Part shown: in pieces, positions 59,801 to 64,000 of the stretch
Position numbering within the stretch: position 1 is the stretch's first letter
Layout: each line of letters opens with the position of its first letter
Assembly (NCBI GenBank): GCA_046297095.1
Contig: JBKCNS010000022.1
Coordinates: forward strand, 153,175-217,174
From: Candidatus Kapaibacterium sp.
GTDB lineage: Bacteria; Bacteroidota; Ignavibacteria; Kapaibacteriales; NICIL-2
Length of the DNA stretch: 64,000 nucleotides
Reading direction: 5' to 3'
Program-made: the position numbers and the translations under genes
Notes under the pieces: generated by a model
The model's input: only the letters and a program-made list of their open reading frames with translations
Told to the model about the DNA's origin: nothing
The model's database searches: none

Positions 59801-62023
59801 CCTACACCGATCACATCGAATGCTGCAACGCTGGTAGTGAACACCAATCCGCGTATCACCGCAGCTCCGGTTGCCGGTCGCGCGGCATGTCAGGGATCTA
59901 CCGTTACCTTTAGTACCGGTGCTTCCGGTACCGGTCTGGTGTATCGCTGGAGATTTAATGGCAGTACCATTACCGGCAATGCGTCGGCATCTACTCCCAC
60001 GCTTGTAGTGACGGGAATCACGGGTGCTAATGCAGGAGCGTACGATTGCGTAATCACGGGATCGTGTAGCACCACCGGCGTTACAACGAATGCAGGTATT
60101 CTGACTATCAATACACCGGTTTCTATTAGCTCACAACCTGCAAGCCAGGTAGTATGCTCACGTGCAGATGTAGTCTTCACAGTTGCGAATGTGGGAACAG
60201 GCGCAGTATATCAGTGGCGTTATAATGGTGTATCGATTAACGGTAATCCCTCTGCTGTAACCAACCGACTCACTCTAAGCGGAGTAACCACATCAAACGC
60301 AGGTTTGTATGACGTGGTGATTTCCGGTACGTGTAACACCGTTACAAGTTTGCCGGCAGCTTTGGGAGTTCAGAATGTGCTCAGTATCACATCGCAACCC
60401 GAGCCCAGCCGTATTTGTGCAGGTTCAACTCTGCAAGCAACGGTAGCGGCAACAGGAACGATCTTGGGATATCAATGGCAGAAAGACGGCGTAAATATTC
60501 CGGGTCAGAATTCGGCAACACTTACAATCTCGGGCGCCAGCGTGGCTCAATCAGGTGGATATCGTTGTGTGATTTCCGGTAGCGCTGCATGCGGTACCGC
60601 ACTTCAGGTTTCGAACACCGTTGAAATGATTGTAGGAACTGCAGCAACCATTACCAAGCAGCCTTCGAACGTAGCAGTATCGTTCGGCTCTACCGTAAGT
60701 GCGCAAGTTGATGCTTCGGGATTGGGCTATGGTGTTAACAACACGCTGCAGTACTCATGGTTCAAGGGTTCAACACGACTTGCCGATGGTTCGCGATTCA
60801 GCGGAACAGGTACAAGTGTACTAACCATCCGTGGTGTACAGCCTTCAGATATCGGTAATGATTACTACGTAGTGGTGAGCGGCGTTTGCGGCAACACAAC
60901 ATCAAATCAGTTCGCGTTGTTTGTACCGGCGGTGAATATCACCGGCCAACCGCAAGCAGCCGAGTTGTGTGCAGGTCAAAGCACGGTGTTCTCGGTAGTT
61001 GCAGTGCCTAATCCTTCCACTAGCCAACTCTCGTATCAATGGTTCCGCGGCACAACGCGTTTGAGTGACGGACCCAACGTAACGGGATCGGCAACATCGA
61101 GCATGACAGTAAGCAACGTTAGTGCAACCGATGCCGGCGATTATACCTGCGAGATCACCGTACAACCCGGCGGCTCGCGCGTTACAACATCCATCGCGAA
61201 ACTTACCGTGAATACTCAACCTTCCATTACTGCACAGCCTGCAGACCAGGCGGTGTGCGATGGTTCAGCATTGAACCTTAGCGTAACCGGTGCAGGTGGC
61301 AGCTTGCAGTATCAGTGGAAGAAGGGTGGTACGGATATCGGCGGCGCTACGGCTTCGTCCTATACCGTATCGGCCAGCAGTGCGGCTGATGCAGGCACCT
61401 ACACCGTAACCGTACGAAACGGCTGCGGCACGGTGACATCGCAATCGGTCACAGTGAGCATTTCAACGAAGCCCACAATTACCACGCAGCCTACTGCAAC
61501 ACAAACAGTGGTGGTAGGCGGTACCCTAACCCTGAGCACAACAGCAACGGGCAGTGGCACACTTAAATATCAATGGAAGCAGAACGGCAACGCAATTGCG
61601 GGAGCCACCAATGCTACGTATACGAAGTCGCCGGCATCGAAGAACGATGAAGGTACCTATGTGTGCGAGGTGACCAATGATTGCGGAGCCGTAAGCACAA
61701 GCAATGCAGCAGTAAGTGTCTCCACCACCAGCATCACCGACGCTGAAGTGTACGGCTATATGCTTGGCACTCCCGAACCGAACCCGATGGGCGAGGTAGC
61801 ATCCTTGAAGGTACGAGTACCGCTAAGCGGTGCCGTTCGACTGGATCTCAGTGATATGTCGGGTAGGGTGGTAGCAACCCTTATCGATGGCGTTCTTGAT
61901 GCAGGCGAGCACACAGAAGTGCTGAGCGCATCACGAAACAATCTTGGTTCGGGTGTGTATACACTGCGTCTTGTAACATCGGAAGGATACGTAACAACGA
62001 AGCGATTAGTTATTGTTCGCTAA
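50867..62023 (+). CDS. Giant (3718 aa) T9SS-secreted surface protein: N-terminal FN3 plus beta-helix-like region, about 20 tandem Ig (I-set-like) domains, C-terminal T9SS CTD
   Basis: Signal peptide MKHSISVGSFILAMFVLVSIGQAQ. An FN3-like segment reads ...SSMTVSWTNN...LYYYRIYALS. About 20 repeats of about 88 aa each carry Cys...YQWxKxG...GATxxxYTI...DxGxYxCxVxxxCG. The C-terminus ...GVYTLRLVTSEGYVTTKRLVIVR is a T9SS CTD. Confidence 0.9.
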   Translation: MKHSISVGSFILAMFVLVSIGQAQSLSSYVFSSTSSTYTTIIGQGGTTLVFDPGVNSDDDDGYYTGIPIGFNFSYLGNSYSTMASCANGFAMLGGTNVSGSSWVPDLSGSSGSSGRPVLAPFWSDMQLISGTGGSSLGYRTDGSAPNRVFTLEWNKLEWTYTSAVLSVSFQIKLYEASGAVEYLYNQEATQTSTQSVGIGITSAGTGAGSYWAIQDNNFNTVSGTATGSVSARPASGTRLSWVPISTALSTPTAFNATNVTSSSMTVSWTNNAASAYAAGVFISTDNNTFTYRGFTPMSGTGTYSMNMSGLTGNTLYYYRIYALSSEGTSAALTGSQSTASGTLSGVRQIPSSSYPTIKSAIDSLNAYGLAGALTFELLSSYTSTAETYPLVIGSIAGSSANNVVTFRPASDVSSVLNITGSNSTALIQFNGAKYVRIDGRPGGTGTTSVLNIENTLVGTSATIRFTNDASYDTVRYCTIRSANSSTTTSGTIFFGSPTVNGNSYNSIANCTIRELTSGSTPSCAVYISGSSSAVSTNNSLLNNNIANFAGTSTVYAIYSSSSYTNNWTISGNSFYQTAARTYSSTFACIYMSETGGVSGLGNAINNNFIGGTGPGCSGSAWSSTHSSTWYAIFSPGSSSSNGSRTFNGNTITNMNVTTSSTTFYPIYVYNTNLTINNNTIGSSSATGAINLTYTGTGTVTVYAIYAYPASSLNQNVNVNNNVIGGINCSSTSTGGFGFNGVWIGSTIGGSTSTVSNNLIGSTSVANSITLPSTSGAASLFRGIYAASSTGAFALTVDNNTIANVRNNSTFTTSGGAFMFGFFGASGIHYVTNNNIYNLTSANNNPSSTNTSMCIVGVNEASSTSPSGLNGHIISGNKIYGLFNANAAASSNWLVGMNVAGASASTRVLIENNFVHSFAYQSTNSNIMVGVLTYTIPAFVVNNNVRFGIDASGSSVTNPVSMYGIYKNGTLPTTIAYNSIYIGGSNVTGTGSTFCLWRNGLPASGSDNIRNNIMHNARTNGSGTGGHVCVLIGNTSATTNAVAASNLVLNNNLYYHSGAGGIVGAIQLSAGITGYTSMQAWSGVSSHDGASGYASPNFVYPIGTSANVNLHINGTTAARGGGVPISGVTTDYDGDSRPSVFTDIGSDQCSSCNANDIFPPTIAYTALPNGITEATRSVSGISVVDYSGVNVNSGSRPRVYYKKSTDQNQFVGNTSTDNGWKWVEATNTASPFTFTVNYGLLQSGVSVGDTIQYFVVAEDVIATPNVGVNACAFTTYPSTVNLTNAAFPAGNFRSYVISSTISGTVNVGPAETITSLTNAGGLFDVINQRVVTGNINVVITGNLTAESGTVALNQTAEYGSGNYSITIRPSAGAPDTVSGSYAGGLIRLNGADRVVIDGRPDASSTARMLTFINTATSGSVATIQLISQGTGFGCVSDTVRYCNIRSGSRSNSSSYLLVSGGTTINSAGDDNDKLAVMNNHFASAYYGVRILGSGAGAHDSINVSGNQFSWPGSATPVADTLSHSSLFVSNAYVASVRNNTFRDISHLASTVPVVSFDNSQFVNFEANVLDNVGGFSSSGYNVIGITIGSNVRNSMFVRNTINNLCYRSTGNWYAYAINVNTGVQTSNVVIANNVISTIAHDYGTSTTFVTNGLRITSTGGIKIYNNSFLLRGPYFNMSSTAQSYCVMILTGCSNLELVNNIFSNRMYGFSGSKSYALYLGATGQLAANDYNIYDVTLGTTQGVIASLAGTDITSLAALRTSIGGEANSMAVPVMYKDSSATADLHLTMQEPTLRGSSAVSSTINTDFDGYTRTRYLIGADEVTPVMNISQQPSSTSKCEGESFTLTAALTTPVAFDDGVARSSTISYQWYKGSSAIAGATDASYTVSSSTTANAGSYTVRIFSSTIDSVVSNAAVVTINTLPNITQQPSDVSRCLGTLTTLSGAATGTGITYQWQKQNGASWSDVSGATGSTFTIPSMTAGDYGSYRFVVTGTCAPAATSNTATITQLTSTSISAQPSATPSSVCLGGSFTLSVTATASNIGYQWRRNGVSISGATNATFTVTNAQLSDFATYSVAVSGDCGVIVSSNVAVTQVAATAITSQPSSTTPQVCLGAPFTVTVSATGASLGYQWQRNGTAITGATNASFTVAAATLADFASYTVSVTGTCGTVNSQAVTIVQIPSTVITAQPASTNTLCSGSTLTLSVVATGANLSYQWQKQSGASFNAISGATGSSLTIGSIVPSDAGTYRVVVTGTCGAVNSSNSVLVVTTPVSITSQPSWSFPNACTGESTTISMSASGTITSYQWQKFDGSSWQNLSGATSNSYTIASLTMADAGGYRIQIEGPCSPTTVSNQATLTVQQNVQINAQPGPQTACVGSSISYSVTTIGTVVGYQWEQDRLRNGSWTTIPGATSATYTKSGVTAADSGLYRVKVTGNCSAIPVVSSSASATIQSIYNITSQPSWPATPTNVGTVVSMSVGFTGSANFQWQRDQQRSGNWVNVGTNASVYSFTITSVADSGNYRCVVSGPCGAVTQNTNIVAVYTCQPPVVTNQPATPQPVCAGGAFSLSVAVNSNGQAVTYQWQLDATRTGSYTNIPGATNASYIKTNVQTSDDGMYRVQVTSACAVTPVYSNAVSFVVLSANLVLSHPSSATVCGGSNVTMSVSAGGASPSYQWFYNGAPMNVGQNPTAQTANLQLTNVTPGMAGSYRCFVTGPCSPNGVFSNIATLTVNTPVMQLQPQSQTGCVGTPVTFNVQVLGSGLAYQWRKNSVAIAGATDASYTIASPVVADAGTYSVVASNTCGTVTSANAVLTMTVPAAFTSQPSSQSICRGSNLTLSVGINSDATTPTYQWRLNGSNLPLSAYPSANTPVLTINNIQATEAGSYTCSVVTPCQPLGTVSAAAVVTVNPNTSISQQPSGTTVCEGNPVTFVVGAGGVSLGYQWLKDGSPIAGATNSIYIITNTVGIDNGNYSAVVSGTCAPTPITSNAATLVVNTNPRITAAPVAGRAACQGSTVTFSTGASGTGLVYRWRFNGSTITGNASASTPTLVVTGITGANAGAYDCVITGSCSTTGVTTNAGILTINTPVSISSQPASQVVCSRADVVFTVANVGTGAVYQWRYNGVSINGNPSAVTNRLTLSGVTTSNAGLYDVVISGTCNTVTSLPAALGVQNVLSITSQPEPSRICAGSTLQATVAATGTILGYQWQKDGVNIPGQNSATLTISGASVAQSGGYRCVISGSAACGTALQVSNTVEMIVGTAATITKQPSNVAVSFGSTVSAQVDASGLGYGVNNTLQYSWFKGSTRLADGSRFSGTGTSVLTIRGVQPSDIGNDYYVVVSGVCGNTTSNQFALFVPAVNITGQPQAAELCAGQSTVFSVVAVPNPSTSQLSYQWFRGTTRLSDGPNVTGSATSSMTVSNVSATDAGDYTCEITVQPGGSRVTTSIAKLTVNTQPSITAQPADQAVCDGSALNLSVTGAGGSLQYQWKKGGTDIGGATASSYTVSASSAADAGTYTVTVRNGCGTVTSQSVTVSISTKPTITTQPTATQTVVVGGTLTLSTTATGSGTLKYQWKQNGNAIAGATNATYTKSPASKNDEGTYVCEVTNDCGAVSTSNAAVSVSTTSITDAEVYGYMLGTPEPNPMGEVASLKVRVPLSGAVRLDLSDMSGRVVATLIDGVLDAGEHTEVLSASRNNLGSGVYTLRLVTSEGYVTTKRLVIVR

Positions 62024-62057
62024 GAAGGGAACGGTATCCGTCAACATCGGTTTTTCC

Positions 62058-62100
62058 TCAACGGGATGTTCGCTGTGCGAGCATCCCGTTGATGTTTGTA
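62058..62100 (+). terminator. Candidate terminator hairpin after the giant gene
   Basis: TCAACGGGATG-(13-nt loop)-CATCCCGTTGA gives a 10-11 bp perfect stem. The T-tail is weak (ATGTTTGT). Confidence 0.4.
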
Positions 62101-62217
62101 GCCGGCGTCTGCCCGTAGTGTTGTTCGAAAGGCCGGAATCTTCGTGAATCTTAAATGGATGTTGAAGAAAAAAGTAGTAGGTTGATGTGTAGGATATATT
62201 ATTCATGGAATAAAGTT

Positions 62218-62955
62218 ATGACAAAGGCATCGCGGTTTTTTTTCATGCAGATGCGGAACTGTTTTGGAACTGCCTCGGTTGCTTGCAGGTATGCTGCAGG
62301 AACAACGCTTTGTGTGGTAGTGAGTTTTGTTACCTCGTGCGGAAATCTAGAACTGCCCTTAGCTTACGATCGCGGCCCATGCGGGGACAATGTTGATACC
62401 ACCTCAGTAAACTCGTACATCTTTACCATGCCTCGCACTGATGTGGTGGTGAGAGTGGGAACGCAGCAGCAGTTCTGGACGACTATCGAAGAACTGAGCT
62501 GTACATCCGTTCGATATACCTTGAGCAAGGCGCTGGGAAGCGTGGATGCAAGCGGCTTGTACACAGCGCCAACAACCTTGGCCACGAATAGCGATTCAGT
62601 GTGGTTGTATGTTCAATCCTATGCCAAGAGATCGCTGATGGACACTGTTCTTATCGTGGTGGAGAAGAAGTATGCAGACTGCACTCCCGATGCGGTTACG
62701 TATTCGGGTACAATCGAGCCCTTGATGCAGGAACATTGCACGGGTTGTCATTCCTCGCAGAGTTATACAAAATCTGGCGGGGGAGTGCTTCTGGAAACCT
62801 ATGCAGACGTGCGGCGCAGCGCATTGGAAGGACGGCTGCTTGCTACCATCGATTATGTAAGTCCCTACAAGATGCCGAAGAACTCCCTTCGGCTGGACAG
62901 CTGTAGCATCGAAGCTGTACGTAGCTGGATAGTGAAAGGAGCTCTGAATGACTAA
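62218..62955 (+). CDS. Lipoprotein with a BIG2-like Ig domain and a C-terminal mono-heme cytochrome c domain (PSCyt1/Planctomycete-cytochrome-C-like)
   Basis: Lipobox ...VVSFVTSCGN. Heme-binding CTGCH is followed by YKMPK (Met ligand) and ...WIVKGA, the expected ending of the PSCyt1 domain. The start is uncertain (ORF opens at 62155; Met candidates at 62218, 62245 and 62251). Confidence 0.7.
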   Translation: MTKASRFFFMQMRNCFGTASVACRYAAGTTLCVVVSFVTSCGNLELPLAYDRGPCGDNVDTTSVNSYIFTMPRTDVVVRVGTQQQFWTTIEELSCTSVRYTLSKALGSVDASGLYTAPTTLATNSDSVWLYVQSYAKRSLMDTVLIVVEKKYADCTPDAVTYSGTIEPLMQEHCTGCHSSQSYTKSGGGVLLETYADVRRSALEGRLLATIDYVSPYKMPKNSLRLDSCSIEAVRSWIVKGALND

Positions 62956-64000
62956 CATTATTGCAATTCGTTTTCGAGGCGTAACAATGTGGATAGCTGT
63001 GCTGCTCATGAGTACAGTAGTAACGTTCGCCATTCCTGAGTATTCGTTGCTAACCGGGAATCGATGCATCAACTGTCACGTGAAGGCACAGGGCGGTGGG
63101 TTGCGCAATGATTTGGGATTCTACGCGAACGAGGGAGTGTCGTTGTTCCAGCCGTCGAAGCAGAGTACGCTTGGAGGGTTGTTCTCCAACATGCAGAACA
63201 CAGCACTGGATGGTATTCTCACCTTTGGCTCCGACATTAGGCTCATGAGCGCGCGCTCTGCTGTGTCGCCAATCACTGCCGAACCGCCCAAACGAAAGCT
63301 CTTCCCCATGCAGGTGTCGTTCATGGCTGCACTGCAAGCAGCATCATGGTTAATAGTAGAGGCGCAGTATAATGCAGGGCGCAGCGTGTATCCCGGGCAG
63401 CAGCCGGGCTCAGCGTCGTTGATTGTTCAACCCTCGTTGGATCTGCCGTCGCTGCGAGTAGGATATTTCCAGCCCTCTGTAGGCATCAGTTATGATGATC
63501 ACACTATGCTTGTGCGGCAGGAGCCCGACGCAACGCCGTCGCCGATTATACCGCCGTATTATGCAGAGGCGGGCGCGGAGATCAGATATAACGCACCATT
63601 GTGGCTGGATGTGTCCGCCGGTGTTTTTTCGTCGAAGAATCTTTCCGACGTGTACACTAAAGACAGCGCCGGTCTGGCGCGCTCGTTGATTTCCGGCGCA
63701 GGCAGTCCATTACTTAATGGACGTGTCTGCCTTACTCCTCGCTTCTTCGAAGATCAGGTGAATTCCTATGCAGGAGCATCGATTGTACATTCCGATGACT
63801 TCACCATGATCAACAGTTTTGCCGGAGTGGCATGGCAGGATAAGGTGGGGATACTGATGGAGTCTGTGATGCAGGGTAATCGCGATGCGCGTCAAGTGCG
63901 AGCTGTGTCCTCGGAGTTGTTCGGGCGCGTGGCAGATCCACTGTACGTGTTCGTGCGCATGGAGCACGGTACATCCACCAACGTCATTAAGGGCGAAAGG
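62948..64000 (+). CDS. Cyc2-like fused mono-heme cytochrome c / outer-membrane beta-barrel protein, 3'-truncated by the window edge
   Basis: Not in the ORF track because it has no stop within the window. Read by hand. The ATG at 62948 overlaps the upstream stop by 8 nt. Signal peptide MTNIIAIRFRGVTMWIAVLLMSTVVTFA. CINCH (CxxCH) begins about 10 aa after the predicted cleavage site. More than 300 aa of alternating hydrophobic, beta-strand-like sequence follows with no further heme motifs, and the frame is still open at 64000. Confidence 0.65.
   Translation, partial: MTNIIAIRFRGVTMWIAVLLMSTVVTFAIPEYSLLTGNRCINCHVKAQGGGLRNDLGFYANEGVSLFQPSKQSTLGGLFSNMQNTALDGILTFGSDIRLMSARSAVSPITAEPPKRKLFPMQVSFMAALQAASWLIVEAQYNAGRSVYPGQQPGSASLIVQPSLDLPSLRVGYFQPSVGISYDDHTMLVRQEPDATPSPIIPPYYAEAGAEIRYNAPLWLDVSAGVFSSKNLSDVYTKDSAGLARSLISGAGSPLLNGRVCLTPRFFEDQVNSYAGASIVHSDDFTMINSFAGVAWQDKVGILMESVMQGNRDARQVRAVSSELFGRVADPLYVFVRMEHGTSTNVIKGER

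Noticed and set aside
55000-62000. Regularly spaced repeats of about 264 bp in the giant gene, considered as a possible CRISPR or other non-coding array
   Set aside because: The periodicity is a protein-domain repeat (Ig-like) inside one uninterrupted 11-kb ORF with a signal peptide and T9SS CTD. The repeats are about 264 bp and strongly diverged at the DNA level, whereas CRISPR repeats are short and near-identical.
62596-63337. Minus-strand ORFs 62596..63072 and 63050..63337, and the plus-strand 63492..63689 ORF
   Set aside because: They overlap the plus-strand lipoprotein and Cyc2-like coding frames. Those frames have signal peptides, heme motifs and translational coupling, and the competing ORFs lack any motif.

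Overview
The window reads as chromosomal, origin-proximal DNA from a Bacteroidota/FCB-group-like bacterium with a type IX secretion system (T9SS). This is inferred from five proteins that end in T9SS C-terminal sorting domains, a PorV/PorQ-like outer-membrane barrel, and a Bacteroidota-style DUF4295 ribosomal-protein cluster.

About 50 genes are present, mostly housekeeping: glgP, mtaB-like, truA, pyrF, folD, an RluA-family synthase, adk, recA-recX, rplS, ybeY, topA, a Fur-family regulator, mutS2, dprA, clpP, rpmE(type B)-rpsR, dnaA, ftsH and tRNA-Arg(CCT). Very large secreted surface proteins (1832 aa and 3718 aa) are interspersed among them. A roughly 800 bp non-coding region with an AT-rich tract and DnaA-box-like 9-mers sits directly upstream of dnaA and is a candidate oriC.

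No CRISPR array, transposase, integrase or recognisable defence system was seen.

The most unusual content is at the right edge. A lipoprotein carries a CxxCH mono-heme cytochrome c domain. It is translationally coupled to an ORF that runs off the window and is therefore absent from the ORF track. That ORF has a signal peptide, a single CxxCH close to the predicted cleavage site, and then more than 300 aa of beta-strand-like sequence. This is the architecture of Cyc2-type fused cytochrome-porins used for extracellular Fe(II) oxidation or electron transfer.

Several rho-independent terminators, short tandem repeats and perfect palindromes are also annotated. All product assignments come from motifs read directly in the translations. 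No database searches were run.
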